From positions 1 to 55,713 of the forward strand of contig CAVVYZ010000026.1 of the NCBI GenBank assembly GCA_963752595.1: a DNA stretch of 55,713 nt, in the 5' to 3' direction. Below the pieces are notes generated by a model. It saw only the letters and a list, made by a program, of their open reading frames with translations. It was not told the DNA's origin and made no database searches. Of this stretch, positions 1 to 9,856 are shown in pieces. A program made the position numbers and the translations under genes. This DNA comes from an uncultured delta proteobacterium. GTDB taxonomy: Bacteria > Desulfobacterota > Desulfomonilia > UBA1062. The first letter of the stretch is position 1. Each line of letters begins with the position of its first letter.

Positions 1-63
1 CCTCTTCATTCATTGTAATCGCCTGCTAATAAAAAGCAAATCAAAGGAACTCCTCTAGCCGGA

Positions 64-979
64 TCACGGCGGGCACTGGCGCAGAAGGACCGGAAGACCT
101 CGGTGGAAAGATAGCGGTCGCCCCGGTCCGGGAAGATGACCACCACGGTGGAGCCGCGCGGCAGGTCGCGTGCGGTCTGGAGGGCGCCCCACATGGCGGC
201 GCCCGGAGCTGATCCCGCAGAACAGGCCCTCGCGGATGGACAGGTCCCGCATCGTCTCGAAGGCGTCTTCGTCGCGCAGCAGTTGATCATCGTCCAGGCG
301 CGACGGGTCATAGATCTTCGGGACGATGGACTCCTTCATGTTCTTCAGGCCCTGGATGCGGTGATTCAGGGGGGCTCGATCCCCACGATCTTGACGGAAG
401 GCTTCATTTCCTTGAGGAACATGCGAGCAGCCCATGAGGGTGCCGGTGGTGCCCATGCCGGCCACGAAGGCATCGACCTCGCCGCGGTCTGCCGCAAGAT
501 CTCGGGCCCGGTGGTCTCGTAATGGGCGAGGCAGTTGGGGGGGTTGTCGAACTGGTTGGGCATGAAGTAACGGTCGCCTTCGTACTCCATGATATGGTGG
601 GCCCGCTGATGGCGCCGTCGGTGCGGTCGCAGCCCGGGGTCAGCTCCAGCTCCGCGCCCAGGGCCTGCAGGACGGCCTGCCGCTCGGTGCTCACGCAGGT
701 GGGCATGGTGAGCTTGATCTTGAAGCCCATGGCCGCGGCCACCATGGCCATGCCGATGCCGGTGTTGCCCGAGGTGGGCTCCAGGATGATCTTGCCCTGG
801 GTGAGCTTGCCCGACGCCATGGCATCCTTGAGCATGAAATAGGCCGGCCGGTCCTTGACCGAGCCGCCCGGGTTGGACCCTTCCAGCTTGGCCATGATCC
901 GCACCCCGGTGTTGTCGGGATCCCAGATGTTCTTCATCTCCACCAGGGGTGTATTTCCGATGGCATCCAGTACACTCAT
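64..979 (-). CDS. PLP-dependent cysteine synthase (CysK/CysM family), split by several indels
   Basis: MSVLDAIGNTPLV, KLEGSNPGGSVKDR, EPTSGNTGIG, NQFDNP..HYETTGPEI, GMGTTGTLMG and VVVIFPDRGDRYLST are spread over ORFs 404..1030, 366..590, 64..465 and 6..311. Confidence 0.9.
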
Positions 980-1099
980 GCGTTTTTCTCCTTGAATCCT
1001 TCCCTGTTGTTTTTCACGCTTTTCAACCATAAAGTTATGCCGTTCTTTTCTTTCCCCGGATGGACCAGTGACAGTTCATCGTTAACATCTTGAAACACT

Positions 1100-1693
1100 T
1101 TATCTCATCAATGTCAAAGCCGAGCGATTGTAAAAGGGCAGGATAATCGTAAATGGGATGGACTGCATTATCCGCCGTAAGCCAGTAGAGCGTTGCCGCG
1201 ATGTACCAGTAGATATTCTGGAATGACTTGTTGCGAAAGTCCCGCCTTCCTTGGGCAACATGAAATCACCGATTACCATATAGCCGCCCGGCTTTACGAA
1301 TGACGTGAGATGGGTAAGGATCTTCAGCATCTTTTCCCGTGGGAATACGTTCAGGAAATAATTGGCGATGACCATGTCGAATAGCTGCGGGTACTTCACT
1401 TCGAGGATATCGTTATTGATCATCTCTATGGGTTTGTTAAGATTTGACTTTGTCGATCTTCTTCTGCATGTATTTCAACATACATCTTGGAGTAATCGAC
1501 TGCCGTGACATTCACCCCTCTTCTGGCAGCTTCGACTGCCTACCACTCCGTGGACCACACCTGCGATGAGAAGTTTGTCATCCGGCTTCAAGCTATCGAG
1601 CATCGCGACTTTACACTTGGGTATCTGTCCCAGGCTGTAAAGGCTGCCCGTGAACTCGTACTGAAACCCCATCAGCCAGTATCCGTCTTTCAT
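1100..1693 (-). CDS. Class I SAM-dependent methyltransferase, frameshifted
   Basis: N-part LKPDDKLLIAGV(G)HG (motif I-like) in ORF 1475..1708; C-part FDMVIANYFLNVF...VKPGGYMVIGDF in ORF 1100..1423. Confidence 0.65.
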
Positions 1694-1836
1694 AAGTATC
1701 CCCCTCAATCGATTTTATACAATGCACATTTCTTAAAAGACTATAAACCAATTCATCCTATTTGTACATTATCCGGATTATCCCAGGGTATAGGTGACAT
1801 TCCGGCATCAATCCTGCCATCCTTGAAGGAATATGA

Positions 1837-2694
1837 TTATGTCCTCATGGAATCCATGAGACGTTTTATTGCATCGATATCGATGGTGCGTTCATACAGC
1901 GGCCTGGTATCGTGCCCGTATGCAGCGAGTGTGTCTTCGAAGGTGGGCCTGCCGTCATTGATATAGAGAATGCCCAGCGGGTATTTCCCGGTTTCCAGAG
2001 CTTTTCCGAAGGCTGCCTGGCGGTTGTACGGATCATGGCTGTTGTCAAGATAATAGGTGTTGTTCTTGTACCACTGGTAGGTATTTACTTTGTTATACGT
2101 CACACAGGGCTGGAAAATATCGACGAGGGCGTAGCCCTTATGCGCGATGGCCTTTTTCAGGATATCCGTGGTCTGCTGCCGTCTCCGGCAAAAGCCCGCG
2201 CCACGAACGGCGCATTCAGCGAAACAGCTACAGCCATGGGATTGAAGGTCTCTTCGGTGACACCCTGCGGCTGTACCGGGGTGACAAAACCTTCCCTGGT
2301 TGTGGGTGATGCCTGGCCTGGTAAGGGCGTACACCATGTTGTTATGGACGATATTCGTGATGCCGGGATTACGCCTGATGGTATGAATAAAGTGATTGCC
2401 CCCCTCCCCGTAGGTATCTCCGCTCCGCTTTCCGCTATGACGGTCAGGTTCCGGTTCGAGGCCTTGATGGCAGTGGCTGCGGGGAGGCTCCGGCCATGGA
2501 GACCGTTGAAATAATGTACATTCAGATACTGGGGGGTCTTGGCAGCCTGGCCGATGCCCGATACGAGCACCAAGGCATCCGGGTCGAGCCCAGCCCGGAA
2601 AGTGCAGCCTTGAGCGACGCCAGGATATGGAAGTTGCCGCAGCCCCGGCACCAGGCGATATCGATCTCATGGTCGAAATCAATTCAGAAGCCAT
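1837..2694 (-). CDS. 2-oxoacid:ferredoxin oxidoreductase beta subunit (TPP-binding), with indels
   Basis: IAWCxGCGNF at the 5' end, LVSGIGQAAK, FNGLHGRSLPAA, GDTYGEGGNH, HNNMVY, DIFQPCVTYN; directly downstream of the alpha subunit. Confidence 0.88.
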   Translation of the reverse strand: MASELISTMRSISPGAGAAATSISWRRSRLHFPGWARPGCLGARIGHRPGCQDPPVSECTLFQRSPWPEPPRSHCHQGLEPEPDRHSGKRSGDTYGEGGNHFIHTIRRNPGITNIVHNNMVYALTRPGITHNQGRFCHPGTAAGCHRRDLQSHGCSCFAECAVRGAGFCRRRQQTTDILKKAIAHKGYALVDIFQPCVTYNKVNTYQWYKNNTYYLDNSHDPYNRQAAFGKALETGKYPLGILYINDGRPTFEDTLAAYGHDTRPLYERTIDIDAIKRLMDSMRT

Positions 2695-2709
2695 GGCAGG
2701 TCTCCTTTT

Positions 2710-4425
2710 TCAGCGCACGCCTTTCAGGGCATCGTCTATCTCTTCGGGCATGAGAGGGAGCCCGTCGAACTTGAGGATGCTCCGGTCGAAATCAATGCCG
2801 GTCTCGCTCCTGATCAGACGGCCGAACTGGGAGGTGGCATTGCTTTCCACGATGATCTTTTTCCCTGCTTGTGCAAGGTATCCGGTTATCGCCGGGGCCA
2901 GGGGGTAGACCTGCGAAAAATGCAAAGATGCCGTATCATCCCTGCCGAGCATCTCCATGGCCTCGTTCACCGGGTGGTAGGCCGATCCCCAGCATACGAT
3001 AAGGTTCTTATAGTCCCGGGGGCCGACAAGCACCGGCGGAATTACCTCATTTTGAAGTCCGTCAAGCTTCATGAGTCTTTTCCGTACCATGGCGGTTCTC
3101 GTGCCGAAATCTTCCGTGATGAACCCCTGCTCGTCGTGCTCGTCGCTGTCCGCACGGACCCTGCCCTTGCCGAAGCCCGGTATGCCCCGGGGCGATATCC
3201 CGCTTTCACTCAGGGCATAGCGGCGATAATCTTTGCCTGTCCTGACGATAAAAGGCTGGTCGTATACCTTGGAGATTTCCATGTCCGGGAAGTTGTATCT
3301 CGATTCGAGAAAGAATTGATCCGTGAGTATGAACACCGGCACCTGGTATTTATCGGCAAGGTAAAAGGCGTGCCTGGTGAGCGAAAAACCCTGCTCCATA
3401 CTCCCGGGTGTGAGGATGGCCCTGGGGAATTCTCCGTGTCCCGAGTGCAGGACAAACAGGAGGTCTGCCTGCTCGGTCCGCGTGGGCAGACCTGTTGCAG
3501 GTCCGGGCCTCTGGCCGATATGAACGACCAGAGGGGATTCCACGCACCCGGCAAGGCTGATGCCTTCCACCATGAGGGCGTACCCTCCCCCAGAGGTGGT
3601 AACGAGCGCCCTGCCGCCGGCATACCACGAACCTATGGCCATGTTTACCGCACTGATCTCGTCTTCTGTCTGCTCCACGACAACGCTGGACCGCTCTGCC
3701 TTCTGCGTGAAGAATACCAGTACGCCCGTCGAGGGCGACATGGGATACGAGGATACGAATGTGCATCCCCCTGCAAGTGCTCCAAGGCCCACGGCGTTGA
3801 TGCCGTCCATCAGGAGTTCGCCTTTGACATCTTCGGAGTGTTCGATGGAGATTGCCGCCTGTCCGGGCTTCAGAAGCTTTTTACCCCGCTCGTACCCGAT
3901 GGCTGCTGCATTGAGGTTTTTCTGCAGGCGCTGTTCTTCCAGGCTTGGGAAAAAGGCTTTCAGCTCTTCTTCCATGAGCTGCCTGTCTACGTAAAACAGG
4001 GCGGCTAAGAGCCCGAGCAGGATCGTGTTTGCATACACGGCTCCGCCTGCTTCTTGTGAGAGACCGCTCAAGGGGACCTCGATCACGGGATAATCTCCCC
4101 CGAAGTATCTCTCCTCGATGTATGCCCGTTCCCCGAGGATCACGGTCTCATGGGTGATACGGTCATGGAACCGCTGCATTGCCTCTTTCTGCATGGGCAC
4201 GAAGATGTCTATCCGCCTGGTATATGAGGCAACCCTACGGGATGATACCCGTATCTGTGTGGAATTGTTCCCGCCGCGGATGCGGGACATATATTCGCTG
4301 TAGGAAAATACGTGGTAGCCGGATCGTTTGAACAGCTTGGCGGCGATCGCTTCCAAAGTCTGCAGACCCTGGCCTGCCTGTCCGGAAAATACGATGGATA
4401 TGTCGTCTCTCGGTTTGAAGACCAT
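2710..4425 (-). CDS. 2-oxoacid:acceptor oxidoreductase alpha subunit (gamma-alpha fusion)
   Basis: 571 aa; SGQAGQG, SRIRGG, YPMSPST, EQTEDEI, TTSGGG, QRPGPATGLPT, DSDEHDE. Confidence 0.93.
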   Translation of the reverse strand: MVFKPRDDISIVFSGQAGQGLQTLEAIAAKLFKRSGYHVFSYSEYMSRIRGGNNSTQIRVSSRRVASYTRRIDIFVPMQKEAMQRFHDRITHETVILGERAYIEERYFGGDYPVIEVPLSGLSQEAGGAVYANTILLGLLAALFYVDRQLMEEELKAFFPSLEEQRLQKNLNAAAIGYERGKKLLKPGQAAISIEHSEDVKGELLMDGINAVGLGALAGGCTFVSSYPMSPSTGVLVFFTQKAERSSVVVEQTEDEISAVNMAIGSWYAGGRALVTTSGGGYALMVEGISLAGCVESPLVVHIGQRPGPATGLPTRTEQADLLFVLHSGHGEFPRAILTPGSMEQGFSLTRHAFYLADKYQVPVFILTDQFFLESRYNFPDMEISKVYDQPFIVRTGKDYRRYALSESGISPRGIPGFGKGRVRADSDEHDEQGFITEDFGTRTAMVRKRLMKLDGLQNEVIPPVLVGPRDYKNLIVCWGSAYHPVNEAMEMLGRDDTASLHFSQVYPLAPAITGYLAQAGKKIIVESNATSQFGRLIRSETGIDFDRSILKFDGLPLMPEEIDDALKGVR

Positions 4426-4553
4426 ATATACATGGTAGCTTCAAGGGGGTGAGACTCAACATCCGGTTGATCTCCAAGACCGTATGGTGCTCGGCAATGA
4501 TACCCTTCAACCGGGCACGGTTTCTGTTTCTTCCGGGGGCTTATTCCCGGGTG

Positions 4554-4985
4554 TCATCCTTGCATCGCCTGCCGGACAGCCGCTTTCAGCTCTTTTGTGC
4601 CGGCGGGTTTTATCAGGAGTGATTGAAAGCCCATATCTTTCACCTCCTGCTCGCCGATGGTGTCACTGAACCCGGTACAGAGAATGATCGGGATGTCGGA
4701 ACGGATCTCCATGAATTTCTTCCCCAGCTCCACACCCGTTATCTGCGGCATTGTCTGGTCGGTTATGACAAGATCGTATTCGTCGGGCGCCCTGCGGAAC
4801 ATCTCGAGAGCCTCCAGGCTGTCTTTGACTGTGATCACCTGATAGCCTGACCGCTGTAGCGCTCTCTGCAGGCTTGAAAGGATGATTTCCTCGTCATCGA
4901 TCAGCAGGATTGTTCCCGAGTCGCTTTCCTTTGTTTCAGCCTGATTACGGATCAGGTGTACGTTCGGCCTTTTCTCATCGTTCAT
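4554..4985 (-). CDS. Single-domain response regulator (receiver)
   Basis: ILLIDDE, DLVITDQTMP, IILCTG, KP receiver motifs; start approximate. Confidence 0.88.
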   Translation of the reverse strand: MNDEKRPNVHLIRNQAETKESDSGTILLIDDEEIILSSLQRALQRSGYQVITVKDSLEALEMFRRAPDEYDLVITDQTMPQITGVELGKKFMEIRSDIPIILCTGFSDTIGEQEVKDMGFQSLLIKPAGTKELKAAVRQAMQG

Positions 4986-5210
4986 AGACACCATCCTTGT
5001 GTATGTAGGCATGCATGGGCATGGGTTGTGCTGCATGTATCATTCGACCGGAAATAACGTTCTTCCGGAAGTACAGCCCTTCAGGACGAACTCACTGAGC
5101 GAATACTCTATCAATGAAAATTTAGATGATCCGGATACACAAAAGGTGCATCGTTGTTGGTTTATCCGCCCGTATGCACCAAGGATTTCTCCGGCCCTTT
5201 GATTTCCTTT

Positions 5211-5780
5211 TTAGTTGCCCGATACCGGAGTCAGCCTCTCGATGATGCAATGAACCTGCAGTCTGTTCGCCTGCTGAAAATAATTATAGGCAGGTCCGTC
5301 ACCGTATTTATACGCGATGAGCTTGAGCTCTCCCACAAAAACAGTACCCTTCTTCGATGCATGAAAGAGATCTGCAGGCCCCTTGCCCGTGCAATCCTTG
5401 TCGGAAATGCCTACGAGCTTGTCTTTCCCGGTGTAAAAGGCAAAGATGAGCTGGGGGGGCTGCTCGCCCTCTTTCAGAGAATCGACCAGAGCTTCCGATG
5501 GATAACAGGTGACGGCCAGCTCGTTTCCGCCGCTACTGCCTGTCTTTACAAGGCGGCACCCTCCGTCGCTCCGGATCACGGCGCCCGGCACGAACTTCTT
5601 GTCCAGGATACTCAGGGCCTTTTTCACCTTTTGCTTTGCACAGATCGAGCAGGGATCTGCCGCTGCCCCGGCCAGGTATTGAAAGGCTTCATCGGGAAGA
5701 TCGAGGGCATAACAGCAGGATATTCCCTGAGCAAGTGCAAGGAGCGGGACTATGATCAGGAACCGGATCGTATGTTTCAT
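5211..5780 (-). CDS. Hypothetical exported protein (signal peptide, CxxC and further Cys)
   Basis: 189 aa; hydrophobic N-terminus; start overlaps the stop of the upstream hydrolase (ATGA coupling). Confidence 0.7.
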   Translation of the reverse strand: MKHTIRFLIIVPLLALAQGISCCYALDLPDEAFQYLAGAAADPCSICAKQKVKKALSILDKKFVPGAVIRSDGGCRLVKTGSSGGNELAVTCYPSEALVDSLKEGEQPPQLIFAFYTGKDKLVGISDKDCTGKGPADLFHASKKGTVFVGELKLIAYKYGDGPAYNYFQQANRLQVHCIIERLTPVSGN

Positions 5781-6598
5781 GGTGAAACCCCCTCTTTTTT
5801 CATGAGATAGCGATCGATAAAATCACTGATCGAGGATTCGAAGACGGCTTGTGATTCAATGAAGCCCCTGTTATGAGAACCGTGAATCTCGGCAAGGGAC
5901 TTCGGCCCTTTGATCGAGTCATAGAGTTCCCTCCCGTGATGAAACGGGACCACCTCATCGTCGGGGCTGTGGATGACGAGAACCGGACACCTTACCCTCC
6001 CAAGCGACTGGAGGGTATCATATGCATCCCGCGGCACGAAGCGGGAAGTCGTCCAGCCGAAGAGATCATGTACCAGTTCCCGTAACGTGGTAAAGGTGGA
6101 TTCGAGGATGAGAAGACCGGGCTCATGCTCCGAGGCTGTCCTGGCAGCGATGGAACCTCCCAGCGACCTGCCCCATATGATTATCGTGGCAGGACTGATT
6201 TTTCTTGCGGCGGTCAGGTAGCGAAAAGCAGCATCCGCATCCAGGTAGATGCCCTGCTCGGAAGGAGAGCCTTCGCTGGCTCCATATCCCCGGTAATCGA
6301 AGATGAATACATTCAGCCCAAGCCTGTGGCATATGGCAATCGAATCAAGATAACTGCCGATATTCCCTCCGTTGCCGTGGCAGAACAGCACGGTGCCTCT
6401 CGGATCTTTTGCCGGGACCCACCAACAGGAAATATTTACGTTGTCCTGTGTCGTGACGGACACGTCTTCATACGCCAGATCAGCATCTGCAGGCGTATGC
6501 CGTATCTGGCGCACAGGGTAGTAAATCGCACCGGATACGCAGCCGGACAGCATGAGCAGGAGAACGAAGAATTGAACGGCTCGAAGTTTTTTCACCAT
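5777..6598 (-). CDS. Alpha/beta hydrolase, probable lipoprotein
   Basis: Lipobox-like LSGC, HGNGGN, DYRGYG, GRSLGG nucleophile elbow, HSPDDEVVP, GSHN. Confidence 0.9.
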   Translation of the reverse strand: MVKKLRAVQFFVLLLMLSGCVSGAIYYPVRQIRHTPADADLAYEDVSVTTQDNVNISCWWVPAKDPRGTVLFCHGNGGNIGSYLDSIAICHRLGLNVFIFDYRGYGASEGSPSEQGIYLDADAAFRYLTAARKISPATIIIWGRSLGGSIAARTASEHEPGLLILESTFTTLRELVHDLFGWTTSRFVPRDAYDTLQSLGRVRCPVLVIHSPDDEVVPFHHGRELYDSIKGPKSLAEIHGSHNRGFIESQAVFESSISDFIDRYLMKKEGVSP

Positions 6599-6607
6599 AC
6601 ACACCCT

Positions 6608-8539
6608 TTAGAAAAACAGGTTCCAGAGGAGCTTTGCCTCTGTCTGATAAAAGTCGCGCGTTTTCCGCCGGGTGAAATCGAGCGTTATGCTCTGGTCGGG
6701 ATTCAGGGTGAAATTCTGCTGCACGGAAGCTTCAAAGCTGTTGAAGCTGTCCCCGAGGACGTAATAGAGATCTCTCGCAAACACATGTACCTTCCAGGAC
6801 TCATTTATATGCTTGATGCAGCCGGCCGAGACACCTGCACCGGCGGCATAATTATTCTTAAGCACACCGCCCGCATAAAGATTCGTTTCAAACAGTGAAT
6901 ACAGCAGCCCTGCCCTCTTGTCTCTGAAAGCAAAGCCGCCGCCGGGGTTAAGGCCGTACACCAGATGGTCATCGCCGTCTTTTGCCGTAATCCGGGTCAG
7001 GCCTGTCTTGATCTTCCACGAGACCGGATGGAAAAACATGTCCCGCGGGCTTAAGGAAAATATATCAATAATATCGAGGCTCTCAAGTGAGAGTTTGTTT
7101 GCCTCTGCATAGTATCTCACGCCCACATCGGTGAAAACAAGGTGCGCGCCCTCGACGAATCCTTTGTCGTTATCCATGAGATGATGGTACGCAGGACGGA
7201 GCCTCATCTCGACGAAGACATCGCCTTTCTTCATGCCCGAGCCGATGGCGAAGCGGTTTGACCGGTGCCCCTGATCGGGCTGCACCGGTTCGGGGATCTT
7301 GTACAGATCGTCTCCGCCGGAGGTTCCCAGCCGGCTGCGAGCCTGGAGGATGGGCAGGAAACGCTCCTGATACGTTTCCTTGGACAGCATGTGCCTGGTA
7401 TAGAGATACTGCAGATATTCGCCGGCAAGCTCGCAGGTCTTTTTCTTCTCGATGTCCGGGGTGTCTTTGCCGGAAAAAGGGTCCTCCGGGATGATCCCGT
7501 TTGCCATGCTTAAGCCTGTTCCCCGGCCTTCTTCCGATATGCCGGCTGCAAGGTAGGTTATCTTTGTCGTTCGAGACGGCCTGTAGGAAGCGCCTGTTAT
7601 CAGCCCCTGGGACTGGATCATGCGTATGGAGTCCAGCGGGATCAGCCATCCATGAAATGTATCGGTGAGCTTTACACTCGGGCGTGCCGCTTCAAGCAGA
7701 AAATAGAGAAGATACGAGCAGTTTTCGTTGAAAAAGTAATAATCGGAGGCAATGGAATCCATCTCACGGATATGGAGCATCATCCTCCTGATTTCCGGTT
7801 CCGTGAGATTGAGCCGGTATTCCCAGATATCCCGGTGATCGACATCGCTGTACTGCTGGAGCTTGGCGTAATACGGCAGAACCGTGAAATACCCCGGGTA
7901 TAAACCGAACAGGCCCTTGACGGCGAACAAAGGGCCGAAGGTCTCGTCGGCATATGCCGAATAGCTGACCGAATAGGCAAGGAGCTTGGTCTTGTCGGCT
8001 GTTTCTATGGTCAGGAGGGTGTGGCCGAACATCGATGCCGGGCTGTTCAGATGTGCCATGGGGAAAATCAGGGTAGCCGCCCTCGGCTTGTTCTCTTCCA
8101 TGAAGTCCATGAACGGGCGGCATTCGGGTATGGGAAGGAGTGACGGATCCAGGTTCAATCTTTCCTTTATCCACTCGAAGCGGGCCGTGAATCTGCACAC
8201 AGCGGATGCGTTCACATCCTCATGGGATTCGAAAAAGGCACGGATGGTTGCCTGGAGCTCTGCTTCCGGGTTCGTCTTTCCGTCCGGAGCCAGGAAGAAA
8301 TGAGGGTCGTCGATAAGGCTCTCCTTCCCGGTGGCGCTCGGTCGATAATGCAGGAGGATATTCCAGTACGGGTCTCCATGGAGCTTCTGCCGGTGCGCTG
8401 ATTCCAGTGCTTCCGTAAGATAGGGCGCATCCTGGGCGCGTGCCGTGGCAGTGCAGATCAGGGAGAGGAGAACGACAAGGAAAAGGAAGGAGATACGGGT
8501 GATACCCCTTTTGTATCCCCTTCCTGATCCTGTATGCAT
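6608..8539 (-). CDS. DUF4105 (Lnb N-terminal-like) domain protein, probably outer-membrane associated
   Basis: 643 aa; signal peptide; SPASMFGHTLL, RDIWEYRLNL and YYFFNENCSY motifs; beta-strand-rich C-terminus ending in Phe. Confidence 0.8.
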   Translation of the reverse strand: MHTGSGRGYKRGITRISFLFLVVLLSLICTATARAQDAPYLTEALESAHRQKLHGDPYWNILLHYRPSATGKESLIDDPHFFLAPDGKTNPEAELQATIRAFFESHEDVNASAVCRFTARFEWIKERLNLDPSLLPIPECRPFMDFMEENKPRAATLIFPMAHLNSPASMFGHTLLTIETADKTKLLAYSVSYSAYADETFGPLFAVKGLFGLYPGYFTVLPYYAKLQQYSDVDHRDIWEYRLNLTEPEIRRMMLHIREMDSIASDYYFFNENCSYLLYFLLEAARPSVKLTDTFHGWLIPLDSIRMIQSQGLITGASYRPSRTTKITYLAAGISEEGRGTGLSMANGIIPEDPFSGKDTPDIEKKKTCELAGEYLQYLYTRHMLSKETYQERFLPILQARSRLGTSGGDDLYKIPEPVQPDQGHRSNRFAIGSGMKKGDVFVEMRLRPAYHHLMDNDKGFVEGAHLVFTDVGVRYYAEANKLSLESLDIIDIFSLSPRDMFFHPVSWKIKTGLTRITAKDGDDHLVYGLNPGGGFAFRDKRAGLLYSLFETNLYAGGVLKNNYAAGAGVSAGCIKHINESWKVHVFARDLYYVLGDSFNSFEASVQQNFTLNPDQSITLDFTRRKTRDFYQTEAKLLWNLFF

Positions 8540-8548
8540 GAACCGATA

Positions 8549-9010
8549 CTACATCAGGGTTTCGATGTTATTGAGCACATCGGCGCTTTTGACTTCAACG
8601 GACGGATAGATGAGAGAGAAATTGCTCTGCAGCTTTGAATAGAAATCTGCCCGTGTGCCTTCGGGTACTTCCATGAGGACCGCCAGCGTGTTCAGGTATT
8701 CCCCCTGCCCTTTTGCAATGTCGTTTGCCAGGTTGTCCATGTTGTCGGCAACATAATTGTTGAGCTGCTCACGGCTAGCAAATTTACTCGGCTTGTCGCA
8801 GTTCAATGTTCCGGATGTGATGCCGAATGTCTGGTTTCCGAATGTGCCGTTGGTCGTTACTGCCAGGATCTGGAAGAGCAGACCGTCATTGCCCTGCATG
8901 ACGAGAGATCCGAGCCCGCACCCGGTGTTCTTCTGATTCGCAGCAAAACCCATCGATGCGGAAGCAATGATCACACAGACAAGAAATGCAGCCGATACAA
9001 ACCTTTTCAT
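8549..9010 (-). CDS. DUF3015 family exported protein
   Basis: Signal peptide; TGCGLGS, TTNGTFGNQTFGITSGTLNC, NMDNLANDIAKGQGEYL. Confidence 0.85.
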   Translation of the reverse strand: MKRFVSAAFLVCVIIASASMGFAANQKNTGCGLGSLVMQGNDGLLFQILAVTTNGTFGNQTFGITSGTLNCDKPSKFASREQLNNYVADNMDNLANDIAKGQGEYLNTLAVLMEVPEGTRADFYSKLQSNFSLIYPSVEVKSADVLNNIETLM

Positions 9011-9236
9011 CTTATTTCCTCCTTTATATGGTATAAAATACCTGCAGAAAATTGATCACGATGACGGCATCCTTTAAAAGCGATATGGGCGCTTCATATA
9101 AACAGGATTTTCGTCACTGTGCTGCCCTGTAAACCCACGGATCCCCAATATGCCGGGATGCAGTTATTCTAAAAGAGACAGATGTAGAAATACAGAATTA
9201 TCTTTCTAATGTCAAGGAATGAGAGGCACTTTTTAT

Positions 9237-9787
9237 GAAATCATCGAACTTGAATACCCCGTTTTGTAAACGGGGATGAAAAGTTCGACCGCTGTAAGCG
9301 GCGGGTAGATATGATATATTGGAAAGATGGAACCGAAGAGAACGAGTCATGCGGTATATGACACGAAATATCATTTGGTCTGGACACCGAAGTATCGGAA
9401 ATGGGTATTACGAGGAGACATACGGGAGAAGGTAGAAGCCATGTTTCTTGAGATAGCCCAGAATCATGATTTTGAGATAGATACGATGGAAGTAGCCCAA
9501 GATCATGTTCATATATTTTTATCATTTCCACCGAGGTACAGCATATCGAGAGTAGTAGGGATGCTCAAGAGTATCAGTGCGAGTGTCGTGTTTCGGGATC
9601 ATCCTGAGGTTAAGAGGGAGTTGTGGGGTGGTGAATTTTGGGAGGATGGATATTTTGCGCGCACGGTTGGAGATAAAGTCACTGCAGAAGTGATTAGGAA
9701 ATATATCAGGTATCATCGCGAAGAAGAAAAGAAGCCAAAGCAGTTGGAGTTGTTTTGATGCCCCGCCTTGTAGGCGGGGTAATTCAC
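9237..9787 (+). mobile_element. IS200/IS605-family element carrying tnpA only
   Basis: Left hairpin CCCCGTTT-TGT-AAACGGGG (9257-9275) and right hairpin CCCCGCCT-TGT-AGGCGGGG (9761-9779) followed by AATTCAC; exact ends inferred. Confidence 0.85.
9327..9758 (+). CDS. tnpA: IS200/IS605 Y1 (HUH) transposase
   Basis: YHLVWTPKYR, DHVHI (HUH), FWEDGYF, KYI. Confidence 0.95.
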   Translation: MEPKRTSHAVYDTKYHLVWTPKYRKWVLRGDIREKVEAMFLEIAQNHDFEIDTMEVAQDHVHIFLSFPPRYSISRVVGMLKSISASVVFRDHPEVKRELWGGEFWEDGYFARTVGDKVTAEVIRKYIRYHREEEKKPKQLELF

Positions 9788-9856
9788 TTTGCATCTGCTT
9801 TTGCATGAACGGTATGATGAATCTCTCTCTGTCATGCAAGGCCGGACTTCGAATTG

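Noticed and set aside
2869-4008. 379-aa plus-strand ORF (likewise 54368..55363, 6125..6898 and 27062..27961)
   Set aside because: Antisense to well-supported genes, a common artefact in GC-rich coding DNA; no recognisable motifs
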